Source: a virus
Virus record (IMG/VR): IMGVR_UViG_3300044712_000367
Span: 1-60,315 of that record
Length of the DNA stretch: 60,315 nucleotides
Strand: one strand, 5' to 3'
Shown here in pieces: positions 23,591-32,151 of the stretch. Made by a program: the position numbers and the translations under genes. Position 1 is the stretch's first letter, and each line of letters begins with the position of its first letter. The notes beneath the pieces are model-generated. The model was not told the origin of the DNA and ran no database searches. It saw only the letters and a list, made by a program, of their open reading frames with translations.

Positions 23591-26271
23591 CAGAATTTCC
23601 CATCGGACTGGATGCGGTAGCGGATATTGCCCAAGCGCCAGAAGCTGCCGATGTCATTGCTCTCGATCCTGATCGAGACCAGACGACCGCGCAGGCGGGG
23701 CGTGATGTAGGTGGTCGCCTCGGTGACGCTGTACGGCCCGTGGACGCGCGGCGCTTGGCTGGGATAGTCGGCCACGTAGAACGTGATCTTGACGTTGGCA
23801 GACTGCACCCCGTCGTAGTACCCCCACTTCATGTCGGGCCACACCTGATCCACGAAGCTCTTCAAATCGCCGTCTTCCAGTGTGAACCAGCCGGTCTGGA
23901 AGTAGGAGTTGATCGGCTGCGGGTTGCCCGCAATGTCGACGGCATCGGTCGAGGTCTCGTGCTGGTAGATCACACGGTCTCCGCCCGCTCCGATAGGCGC
24001 GCCGAGGACGGACTGGTCAATCCACGCCGTGCGCGTCAGGGTGCCGAAATCCCAGCTGCCGAGGGCGACGTTCAGCTTGACGTATCGGGTGGGCACTCCG
24101 CCCGAGCCGATGGTGGGGTAGTACCACGAAATCTCACCGAAGCGCGCGTTGGTGGCGCACCGGATTTTTCCGACCTGAGACATGTCGATGTCTTGGAAGA
24201 TCACATCCCAGATCGGGCACGGGATGGTCTGGACGCCGCCACCGCCGAAGGTGAAGAACTGGCTCTGCGACATCCAGAAGACCGACCCGTTCAGGGTGGC
24301 CGCCGCCTTCCGCCCGATCAGGCCGCAGCCGGTCCCGACCTCATTGAAGGACCAGATCAGGGGCTGGCCGATGTATTGCATGGTCCACAGGCCGAGGTCG
24401 GTCCAGATCAGGCCCTGCTGCGGACCTTGCATGGCGCTGACGATCTTCGACCCCTTGGGAATGCGGAACGAACCCGCTTGGTTGACCACAGTCCCCACCC
24501 ACGAGGTGAAGTTGCTGATGTCACACCAGCGCATCAGGAGCGGGTCTTGGATGCCGTTGAAGGTCGACCCGTAGGCCACGATCTGCCGCTCCGGCATGGC
24601 GACAAAGCAGCCCTCGTTGACCTTGGGCGCGTTGGGCACCACCGAGGCGTAGCTACCCCCGTCGGTGGGGTTCCAGTAGTAAATCTCGCCCCCCTTGGGG
24701 TTCGCGATCAGGTACTCGCCCCAGTTGTCGAGCGCCCAATCCTCCGCGCCCGAAAAGGCCCAGACGTTGACCGACAGGGTTCCCGCTACAGTCTGGTTCG
24801 GCACCGTGGATTGGCGGATCGACCAGCTGTTGATGGTGACGGCGTTTGGAACGGCGAAGGTGCCGTTCATTAAGAAGTTGACGTTGGTCGTGGTCGCGAC
24901 AAAGCTGCCAGACATCACGCCGGTGGAGCTGTTGTAGGTGATGTTTGATCCGCCAGGGTCGGCAGTCGAAATGTTGATGATTGAGGTGGTGACCCCGCCC
25001 AGCTGGCCAGAAATCAGGTAAGTGCTTCCCACCGTAAGGCCAAAGTTGAACGAGAACCGAGGGCGAAAAGTGTTCGTCCCCAGCGTCGTGTTGGCCATGG
25101 TGCGCGTCCCCGCCGTCCACGTCCCAGTCGACCCCGCCAAGTTCAGGATGGTGGGCGTCGGCAAGCTGCTGATGTTCACAATCTCTGGGCCGTACGGGTC
25201 GGGCAGCTCGAAACTGACCGTCGAAGTCGCGCCAGTGGTGGACGCGGTGACGGTCCACGTGCCGTTGTACGTCGACGGGCTGACGCCGGAGATGGTGATC
25301 TGGGAGCCGACGGGGATCGTGTACGCGCCCGAGAACGACACGGTGGCGGTGGTGCCGACTGCGGATGCGGCGGTCGTGGTAAACGACCGGCCACCCGACG
25401 CGGTCACGCCGGTCCCAAAGCCGCCCGCGCCATACAGTCCTGCGCCGTATCCCACGCTGGGCGGCAGGGTCGACTGGCCAATGTAGTACGTGATCTGCGG
25501 CTTCCCGCCGTTGATGGTCACGGTGGCCGAGCTGGAGGCGCTTTGATCGGCGGAGATGACGAACGTGTTGGTTGCCGTCTGACGTACGATGTAATTTCCA
25601 TACAACGTGATACCGCCGACGGCGGTGGAGACGAGGATGGGGAAGGTTGAGCCGACCGCAAACCCGTGGTTGGGCAGCGTCACCGTGACCGAGGGAGACC
25701 CCGCCGTCGTGGTAAAGGTTGCCAGCGCGCCGCCGCCGGTGATGGTCGTGGTGGCGGGGGTGGGAATGCCAATCACATTCGTGGCGAAGATTGAGTACCG
25801 GTTGGCGGTCGAGGCCTCCGTCGAGTAGAAGCCAAACAGCACCAGTCCGTCGATGGCGACGTGGGTCGACAGGAAGATGCTGTCGTAGCTGGAGACGTTT
25901 GATCCGGTGTCGTCGATCTCCACCTCGTTCGATCCGGCAGTCGTGTTGAAGGACAGCGTAGGGCTGGCCACGTAGACCTGCGGGGACCGGTTGTAGAGCT
26001 GCGAGTTTTCGATGGTGTAGACGCCATTCTCGCAGCCCACGGCCAGATAGCGCGCGTCGTTCGTGTCAGCCCACGCCCACAGCGCCCGCACCACCGCCGT
26101 CATGGGCTGGTTGTAGTACGGCCTCCAGCCGCCGATCTTCTGCGGGAGAGCCAAGCCTTGACGGTCCGGAACGAAGCGGATCAGGTTGCTGGAGCTGATC
26201 GCGGCTTCGTTAAGTGCTGGTGTGCGGTTTTGATCAACGCCTGGCACAAGCTTGAGGGATGCGTGAGGCAT
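23590..26271 (-). CDS. Large tail protein (nozzle / tubular-B-like by size and order) carrying a 125-aa inserted module
   Basis: 893 aa. N-terminus MPHASLKLVPGVDQNRTPALNEAAISSSNLIRF. Follows a 249-aa protein, as T7 gp12 follows gp11. Confidence 0.6.
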   Translation of the reverse strand: MPHASLKLVPGVDQNRTPALNEAAISSSNLIRFVPDRQGLALPQKIGGWRPYYNQPMTAVVRALWAWADTNDARYLAVGCENGVYTIENSQLYNRSPQVYVASPTLSFNTTAGSNEVEIDDTGSNVSSYDSIFLSTHVAIDGLVLFGFYSTEASTANRYSIFATNVIGIPTPATTTITGGGALATFTTTAGSPSVTVTLPNHGFAVGSTFPILVSTAVGGITLYGNYIVRQTATNTFVISADQSASSSATVTINGGKPQITYYIGQSTLPPSVGYGAGLYGAGGFGTGVTASGGRSFTTTAASAVGTTATVSFSGAYTIPVGSQITISGVSPSTYNGTWTVTASTTGATSTVSFELPDPYGPEIVNISSLPTPTILNLAGSTGTWTAGTRTMANTTLGTNTFRPRFSFNFGLTVGSTYLISGQLGGVTTSIINISTADPGGSNITYNSSTGVMSGSFVATTTNVNFLMNGTFAVPNAVTINSWSIRQSTVPNQTVAGTLSVNVWAFSGAEDWALDNWGEYLIANPKGGEIYYWNPTDGGSYASVVPNAPKVNEGCFVAMPERQIVAYGSTFNGIQDPLLMRWCDISNFTSWVGTVVNQAGSFRIPKGSKIVSAMQGPQQGLIWTDLGLWTMQYIGQPLIWSFNEVGTGCGLIGRKAAATLNGSVFWMSQSQFFTFGGGGVQTIPCPIWDVIFQDIDMSQVGKIRCATNARFGEISWYYPTIGSGGVPTRYVKLNVALGSWDFGTLTRTAWIDQSVLGAPIGAGGDRVIYQHETSTDAVDIAGNPQPINSYFQTGWFTLEDGDLKSFVDQVWPDMKWGYYDGVQSANVKITFYVADYPSQAPRVHGPYSVTEATTYITPRLRGRLVSIRIESNDIGSFWRLGNIRYRIQSDGKF
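24811..25185 (-). repeat. Copy A of a 375-bp (125-aa) module shared with 32751..33125
   Basis: EIVNISSLPTPTILNLAGSTGTWTAGTRTMANTTLGTNTFRPRFSFNFGLTVGSTYLISG..INISTADPGGSNITY..TTNVNFLMNG matches the copy B peptide. Confidence 0.85.
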
Positions 26272-26274
26272 GTC

Positions 26275-27024
26275 TTATCCCCGCGTCGGAGTGGCGATTG
26301 GCGCAGGAGATTGCGATGACCAACCCGTGCTCTCGAACTTTTTCCGCATCTCCTCGACCGACGCACTCTTCAGCAGTGCCTGATACTGACCCTCATACGA
26401 TTGCGCCATCTGGGGATCATCAGACTGCCGCCCAAAGTTTCGCTGGTAGGCAGAAATGTAGATCATGGAAGCCATGATCAGCAGGTCCGGAAGGTACTGG
26501 CTGACGAACGTCGTCGGGTTCGATGCGGACATCGCGTTAGGCCGGTACGTTGCCACCACCTCGACATAATATGTCTGGTCCGGAACCGGACCCACGAAGA
26601 ACAGGTTTTCGTTGAATGCGGAAAAATATTTCGGCTGCGCCCTGTTTGCAGTCAGGTTTGACCCATAAACAGCATCAAGGAATTCCTTGGTCGTCGGGAG
26701 TAGGGAGATGCGAGAAGCCAGCGGGCCATCTGGGTCCGTTTGGCCTGGCGGAACGATAAGGTTCAGCTGTTCCGTAACGACAATTGATCCAGAGCCATCT
26801 GGAAGCGTCATAGGGAAGGTCAGGTTGCGGTTGCCAGCGTCGACCTTGATCGAAGACCCATGGATAGACGTAGAGGTGTTCATTAGGTCGAGATCGCGAT
26901 AAATGCGGAGTTCCGCATAGTCGATCATCGATGGAAGAATTTCCAAAAAGTTAGCGTCATCGGGTGCGACGACCGCCATTTGGGCGATCTGGTTCACATA
27001 GCTGCTGTAAGTCAGTCCCGCCAC
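26275..27024 (-). CDS. Tail adaptor / tubular-A-like structural protein (by position)
   Basis: 249 aa track ORF immediately upstream of the 893-aa tail protein. Confidence 0.5.
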   Translation of the reverse strand: MAGLTYSSYVNQIAQMAVVAPDDANFLEILPSMIDYAELRIYRDLDLMNTSTSIHGSSIKVDAGNRNLTFPMTLPDGSGSIVVTEQLNLIVPPGQTDPDGPLASRISLLPTTKEFLDAVYGSNLTANRAQPKYFSAFNENLFFVGPVPDQTYYVEVVATYRPNAMSASNPTTFVSQYLPDLLIMASMIYISAYQRNFGRQSDDPQMAQSYEGQYQALLKSASVEEMRKKFESTGWSSQSPAPIATPTRG

Positions 27025-27051
27025 GGCGCCACCTGTTGAGATTATACCTGT

Positions 27052-27273
27052 TCACAGCATAGCACAGGCTGCATCGATCTGCGAGATCAGCCGCGCGCCC
27101 GTAACCACTGATGCATCGCCGCCATCATTCGCCAGTGCCTTCGCATGGTTCTCACGCGATGCCTGCGTTTCACGGCACAGAACCTCCACGTCAGGTGCGG
27201 TCAGTTTTTCCGCGCTCACGCAGCCAGCGGCGGGCAGCGTCATGATCATCGCCAAGATGCTCGTCTTCCGCAT
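27052..27273 (-). CDS. o-spanin candidate (outer-membrane lipoprotein, 73 aa)
   Basis: MRKTSILAMIMTLPAAGC: signal peptide plus a lipobox-like AAGC. Start embedded out of frame in the 3' end of 27191..27379. Confidence 0.5.
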   Translation of the reverse strand: MRKTSILAMIMTLPAAGCVSAEKLTAPDVEVLCRETQASRENHAKALANDGGDASVVTGARLISQIDAACAML

Positions 27274-27379
27274 GCTTTATTTCCCTAGATGTGATTTGCC
27301 GCTGCTGGCGGCTTTGCTCTTGCAGCATTTCGAATGCGCGGATCAGTAACGAAAGGATCGCCAGCAGCAGCTTTGTCAT
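27191..27379 (-). CDS. i-spanin candidate (N-terminal TM plus charged helix, 62 aa)
   Basis: MTKLLLAILSLLIRAFEMLQEQSRQQRQ... ATGA overlap with the holin stop. Only the last 62 codons of track ORF 27191..27658 are used. Confidence 0.4.
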   Translation of the reverse strand: MTKLLLAILSLLIRAFEMLQEQSRQQRQITSREIKHAEDEHLGDDHDAARRWLRERGKTDRT

Positions 27380-27561
27380 GCCGATTTTCCGACGGGGGTG
27401 GTGGTGATAAGCCGGAGGCCCATGTTGGCAGCCCCAAGGATAATCATAGCCCACGAGGGACTGACATATTGCGTCCAATCGACGCCAGCGACCCAAGTCA
27501 GCAGCGCCATGAGAACCACGGTTGCGGCGTTCACGGCGAGCGTTTTGTAACCCTTCATCAT
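27376..27561 (-). CDS. Holin candidate (61 aa, two TM helices)
   Basis: MMKGYKTLAVNAATVVLMALLTWVAGVDWTQYVSPSWAMIILGAANMGLRLITTTPVGK. Immediately downstream of the endolysin. Confidence 0.6.
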   Translation of the reverse strand: MMKGYKTLAVNAATVVLMALLTWVAGVDWTQYVSPSWAMIILGAANMGLRLITTTPVGKSA

Positions 27562-27980
27562 TGTCTCCCGTTCGAAGCCGGATACATCCGGCGATCAAGT
27601 TCAAAGTGCGGGTAGTCCTTAAACGTGCGCCAATCCCCGCCCCAAATAACTGGCACATTCTCGATGGCCGCCGCAGATTTGATAATGTCTGCGATCTGAC
27701 GCATAAGCCGAGGGTGGCTCATTTCTTCAAAGGTGACCTCACCGTCAGCATTCACGTCGACGAGTGCGTAAAGGTCAACCGCGTGGCCGGTAAGGTGGCG
27801 AGAATTCATGGTGGTTGATCGCTTCAGCCTGACCATTTCGCGCTGACGCTCGACTGTTCTGAGGCCCTCGGTAACGACAAAATCCATAGAGCTAACCTGA
27901 AGGGCGCGATCCAAAACTCGACGAAGATCGGGATGGATGCCCTGCATATTTTTCAGGCTGCGAGATGACCAAGTTTTCAT
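27558..27980 (-). CDS. Endolysin, peptidase M15 (VanY / L-Ala-D-Glu peptidase-like)
   Basis: SRHLTGHAVD and DYPHFE zinc-ligand motifs. Start trimmed to MKTWSSRSL. Confidence 0.8.
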   Translation of the reverse strand: MKTWSSRSLKNMQGIHPDLRRVLDRALQVSSMDFVVTEGLRTVERQREMVRLKRSTTMNSRHLTGHAVDLYALVDVNADGEVTFEEMSHPRLMRQIADIIKSAAAIENVPVIWGGDWRTFKDYPHFELDRRMYPASNGRQ

Positions 27981-27981
27981 T

Positions 27982-28248
27982 TCATCCCATCCTCTTTGCA
28001 ATGTAAGTAAGCCCAGCCCCGACCACCAGCCAAAATCCTTTGTCGAAAATATGGTAAACTACTCCGCGTTGCGCGGTTGCCTTCTCAAGGACTGATACAC
28101 GATCTGTAAGTTTTGATATGCTATCAGATTGCTTATCCATACTTTTGAACAATGTAATCATCCGCTCTTCCATCCTAGCCAAGAGGGTGATTGCTTCTGA
28201 CATCTTATCAAGTTTTGCCTCGATCCTTGTCAGGCGGTCTTCACTCAT
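27982..28248 (-). CDS. Coiled-coil protein with C-terminal TM anchor (lysis-associated candidate)
   Basis: 88 aa. ...GVVYHIFDKGFWLVVGAGLTYIAKRMG. First gene of the low-GC lysis cluster. Confidence 0.5.
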   Translation of the reverse strand: MSEDRLTRIEAKLDKMSEAITLLARMEERMITLFKSMDKQSDSISKLTDRVSVLEKATAQRGVVYHIFDKGFWLVVGAGLTYIAKRMG

Positions 28249-28351
28249 ATTTCGCCCCTCAAGCCCTTGGGTGTAGTTCAGGTTTTACAGCAAGATACAT
28301 GAGGAAAACCATCATGTCACTGCGCCAAGATCAACTCCAAGGGGCATGGCG

Positions 28352-30589
28352 TTAAAGTACGGTGGTCGCAGCATTCTTTACCATCACGTTTCCGGTGCCG
28401 ACCGTCTTGAAGGTGGTGCTGTTTGTTGGGTTGGCGATGTTTTGGGCTGTGGTTTTGTCTACGAAGCTGCAAGACATCATCGCCCCTATTGGGGCAAACG
28501 TCGTGATCGGAGCTGTCGTGGCATAGGCATCATCGTAAACGAATTTGCATCCGGCGACGTGCATTATCCCAGTTCCATCTGCGCTGCTGCTGTTTACGGC
28601 TTGAATTTGCACGTTATAAAACGTGCAGTTGTAAAACATGTTGTGAACACCACCATCGCCATAAATTCGCAGCCAGATGCCCTGCGCCTCGAAAACGCAG
28701 CTTCGGTAGTCTATCCGGCTGTTATACAGGGTGTTGAAGACTGTCTGCCCCGTTGTCAGGCCAGACCCGAACGTGAATTTGTTTCCGATCATCTGGACGT
28801 TGCTGGCGAGGTCCATGTTGACGAAGACGCAAAAGGCATTGAAGAAACGCGAGTTGCTGATGCGGGCAGGAACGCGCCGGCTCAACAGCCTGATGGGCTG
28901 GCCAATGCTGTCGCTGGGCCCCGAGAATGTGCAGCCGTCGACCTTCAATTCTCCGTACGTGGCAGAATAATACCCGCCAGTCGTCACGGACACCTTTGTA
29001 TTCACCAAGGACATGGTGCTTGTGCTTCCGTAGACCCAAGTGACGGTATTGGCGCCAATAGATACGTCGCAGTCCCTAAGGACATAAACCCCATTCTCTG
29101 CTACCGACATTTGATACGTGATCTGGCACGCCTCCAGATCGGAGAAGCCTCCGGAAAGGAAATTCGAAAGGCCTGTAACCCCACCGTAGGAGATCACGCC
29201 AGGACCGACAGTAAATTTTACGTTCTTCACCAGATAGTAACAAATTCCGTCGGTTCCGCCGTACGCATTGAACAGCGCATTACTGAACCCAGAAGTGCTT
29301 CCGCCTTCCCAGATGCATCTACCCTTACCGTTATCCTCCTGATGGATGGACCTTTGGTAATTGTTGAGCGTGACGTTTGTGGCGTGCAAGACATGGCTTG
29401 TGGTGGACCCCGTTAGGTCTTCCATGACAATGCCCGCTCGGCCTATTTTTGTTGGGTAGGAACTCGTCGACAGGTTCTGGATGACCGACAAGCCATTACC
29501 CTGAACGTCACCAAGGTAAACGCCGTCCCCAGCGTAGTCATATGTCGAGGTGCTATCCACGCTGGGCTGGTATTTAGACCCGACGTTGACCATTTCGACG
29601 CAATTGATGAACAGCCTGCTGAAGAACCTGACCATGATGCCGTAGCCGAAGAAAATGTCGTTGGCTTCATAGTCGATTATCTGAACACAAGCGGCCCGCA
29701 AAATGATTAGGCCAGAAATCCCCCTCAAATCGGTTGGCGTCGTGCTCTCGAAGTATGGAACGCCAGAGGCGTCGATGCGGAGGCCTCGGATGGAGACCGT
29801 GGCGTTCTGGCGGTACGTAACGCCGTTTAGCGTGAGGACGTCCTTCCGCTGGTTTACTCCGAGCGTCCACACCGGAAGGATTGTCGATCCGCCGAAATCG
29901 ATTGAAACGCCGCTGTCGCCGAATGTAGATGAGATCGGGGATGTGATCTTGATGCGCTTCGCTCCAACGACAACGCCCTGACCGAACGCGCAGGCAGCGT
30001 TCATGAAGGCCTGAAAGGTGACCGTGTCGTCGGCCACGCCATCCCCGACCAGCCCAAATGCGGCAGCATTGATGCCGTTGTCCGCAGGCAAAACATACAG
30101 CTTGACGCCTCCGGTGGAGGTGAAATCCAAGTTCGCGTTCGTGGCCGTGCTGGAAGCAACGGTGTAGGTGGAGTTGATGTCGATGACCCTGACAAGGTCT
30201 CCCGCCGCCACCTGACGGCGCCCCCCTGCCGTTGTGTATCCGAACACGGTCGATAGTTGAGAGAACGATGCGACCTCTAGCCTGCCGCTATTAATGCCAG
30301 CCGAGGCGCTGGACAGCGCCGCGCTGGACGCGCTGGCGGCGGAGGCTAGCGCCCACCCCTTGGAGGAGTTTGTGCCCTCCCCACCGGGCTGGTTTCCCTC
30401 TGCCCACGCTTGAGACGTCGCTGCAGCATTTACAGCGGTCTGGACGAGGCCGCTGACGGTTGAGTTTGCCAGCTGGGCAATCTGCTGGACTGTCAGCTTT
30501 ACGGAAGTCCCAGCCTGCACGGCCTCCATCTGCTCCTGACCGGACAGGGACACCGCTGGGGGAAGCTGTGTGATCTTTACGCCTGCCAT
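28352..30589 (-). CDS. Tailspike with pectate-lyase-like right-handed beta-helix
   Basis: 745 aa. INAAAFGLVGDGVADDTVTFQAFMNAA is the GDGxxDDTxAxQxA hallmark. N-terminus MAGVKITQLPPAV. Visibly lower GC than the flanks. Confidence 0.75.
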   Translation of the reverse strand: MAGVKITQLPPAVSLSGQEQMEAVQAGTSVKLTVQQIAQLANSTVSGLVQTAVNAAATSQAWAEGNQPGGEGTNSSKGWALASAASASSAALSSASAGINSGRLEVASFSQLSTVFGYTTAGGRRQVAAGDLVRVIDINSTYTVASSTATNANLDFTSTGGVKLYVLPADNGINAAAFGLVGDGVADDTVTFQAFMNAACAFGQGVVVGAKRIKITSPISSTFGDSGVSIDFGGSTILPVWTLGVNQRKDVLTLNGVTYRQNATVSIRGLRIDASGVPYFESTTPTDLRGISGLIILRAACVQIIDYEANDIFFGYGIMVRFFSRLFINCVEMVNVGSKYQPSVDSTSTYDYAGDGVYLGDVQGNGLSVIQNLSTSSYPTKIGRAGIVMEDLTGSTTSHVLHATNVTLNNYQRSIHQEDNGKGRCIWEGGSTSGFSNALFNAYGGTDGICYYLVKNVKFTVGPGVISYGGVTGLSNFLSGGFSDLEACQITYQMSVAENGVYVLRDCDVSIGANTVTWVYGSTSTMSLVNTKVSVTTGGYYSATYGELKVDGCTFSGPSDSIGQPIRLLSRRVPARISNSRFFNAFCVFVNMDLASNVQMIGNKFTFGSGLTTGQTVFNTLYNSRIDYRSCVFEAQGIWLRIYGDGGVHNMFYNCTFYNVQIQAVNSSSADGTGIMHVAGCKFVYDDAYATTAPITTFAPIGAMMSCSFVDKTTAQNIANPTNSTTFKTVGTGNVMVKNAATTVL

Positions 30590-30591
30590 GG

Positions 30592-30978
30592 TCAGCCCCC
30601 AGTGACGCGAACGTCATCCGCTTGAGTGATCCGCACATCCTCATTGCCAGGGACGGGAATTCCCTGAACAACGGAAACGCCTTCAGATGTCTGGGTGATG
30701 CGATAATCCGTTGTCGCCAAAGAGTAGGTTTCAGGCCTTGGGTTGATAATCGGAGGCGGATCACCAGGCAGCGTCAGGCTGCGAAGCTGGCTCTGCATTT
30801 CATCGTGACAGCGCCCGCAAACCAAAAGTCTCTTGTTTTGCACCGTGGCGCCAGCCCAATCGTACTGGAACGACAGGTCTACGTGGTTGTAACGAAACCC
30901 GCAGCGGTCGCAGATCGCGTGCGCTTGCGGGTTTCGGCTGGATGTTCTGGCCCTACCGGCAATTGATGCGTATGCCAT
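30592..30978 (-). CDS. Zinc-ribbon structural-module protein (128 aa)
   Basis: CDRCGF...CGRCHD. Confidence 0.5.
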   Translation of the reverse strand: MAYASIAGRARTSSRNPQAHAICDRCGFRYNHVDLSFQYDWAGATVQNKRLLVCGRCHDEMQSQLRSLTLPGDPPPIINPRPETYSLATTDYRITQTSEGVSVVQGIPVPGNEDVRITQADDVRVTGG

Positions 30979-31670
30979 TACCTGAAGTACCCCCCGATCA
31001 GTGGGGAAATGTAAACGTTTGACGTCTCGATGTTCTGATCGGCTGCGATCTGGTAGCTCTCGTCAGCTTGCGCCTTGAGGGCGACAGCCATTTGGGGGTT
31101 CCACATGCGCGCCAGCCTGTAAGTCAGGCCATCAGCAAATGCTTCCAGCCAAAGATACGGCACCTCCACCTGCGCCCCATTTGCGAGGGCGGCATCCTGA
31201 ATGCGCCGAACGCGGTAGTACCTGATCGAGGTGAGTGTTTGTCCATCCGGAACAGGCCACAGGGTAAATTTTGGAGAAACTAACCGGTCAAACCAATAAA
31301 CGGTCGGGGCGCCTTGGGTGGTTTTTGTAGAGTACGATGCATACTCCGAACGAGAAATGGGCATGATCGGCCTGTCGATGGGCGGAGAAGTGCCATCGTC
31401 GTATCGCCCATACACGTCGAGAAGAACGACAGTACTTGGGTCAACGTTATACTCGGCTTGACCGGCGATAAGCGGTACCGTGACCAGATCGACAGCCCAG
31501 AGGTTCACCCCTTGGTTGGACCAGCGGGACAGCATCAGGTTAGCGGCCATTCTGGCGCTCTCCATGTGCTCCTGCAGCAGCGATGTGGGCCTCACGCCAG
31601 CGTTTTGGAAGGCGTAGAGTGTGATCTCGCCCAGACTGGGGTTGAAATCATAGGTGCCGGTGGTGGTCAT
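30978..31670 (-). CDS. Head-tail adaptor-like structural protein (230 aa)
   Basis: Track ORF. Function from position and general resemblance to podovirus adaptor proteins, not from a named motif. Confidence 0.45.
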   Translation of the reverse strand: MTTTGTYDFNPSLGEITLYAFQNAGVRPTSLLQEHMESARMAANLMLSRWSNQGVNLWAVDLVTVPLIAGQAEYNVDPSTVVLLDVYGRYDDGTSPPIDRPIMPISRSEYASYSTKTTQGAPTVYWFDRLVSPKFTLWPVPDGQTLTSIRYYRVRRIQDAALANGAQVEVPYLWLEAFADGLTYRLARMWNPQMAVALKAQADESYQIAADQNIETSNVYISPLIGGYFR

Positions 31671-31931
31671 TTAGCAATCCCACTTCCTCAAGCTCTTGTT
31701 GATCCGGCTATTCGGGTCTTTCGCGGTTTTCTCGCTGGTCAATTTGGCCTTCATGCCAGACATCCTAGCGCAAAACGATGCCTTCCGGCCAGCGTCTGCC
31801 TCCGTCTTTGGTTTTGGAGCTGGGGGCTTGAGGTTCATGCCTTGGGCTTTTGCGGAAGCTCGGCCCTTTGCATTTAGGCCGCCCTCTGGGTTTTTCCCTT
31901 CTGATCTCTGCCACGCCGGAGACTTAGCCAT
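31671..31931 (-). CDS. Small basic conserved phage protein (86 aa)
   Basis: AWQRSEGKNPEGGLNAKGR...SFCARMSGMK...DPNSRINKSLRKWDC. Confidence 0.55.
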   Translation of the reverse strand: MAKSPAWQRSEGKNPEGGLNAKGRASAKAQGMNLKPPAPKPKTEADAGRKASFCARMSGMKAKLTSEKTAKDPNSRINKSLRKWDC

Positions 31932-32151
31932 TGGTAACCTCCACGTCTGGCGTCAGGCCCATCATAGCAAGTGCGGAAAGTCCGTCCATGCCTTCCTGAA
32001 CTAAAATTCTTGGGTCAATGTCGCTTCCAGCTGAGATGATGCCGGATGCCACACGGTATTTTTCGCCCCTCGCGTCAACCCAGATCGGAGCAGTGTCTGG
32101 GTTCACCTCAGGGTGCGTTAGGCTTAGCGGGCAGGCGATAGTCGTGATCAT
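31924..32151 (-). CDS. Hypothetical protein (75 aa)
   Basis: Start moved to MITTIACPLSL (TGATG overlap with the upstream stop). Confidence 0.5.
   Translation of the reverse strand: MITTIACPLSLTHPEVNPDTAPIWVDARGEKYRVASGIISAGSDIDPRILVQEGMDGLSALAMMGLTPDVEVTNG

Noticed and set aside
27380-27658. The upstream 93 codons of track ORF 27191..27658
   Set aside because: They overlap the holin and the endolysin 3' end out of frame. Only the part after the ATGA-coupled ATG at 27379 has a TM-plus-charged-helix character.
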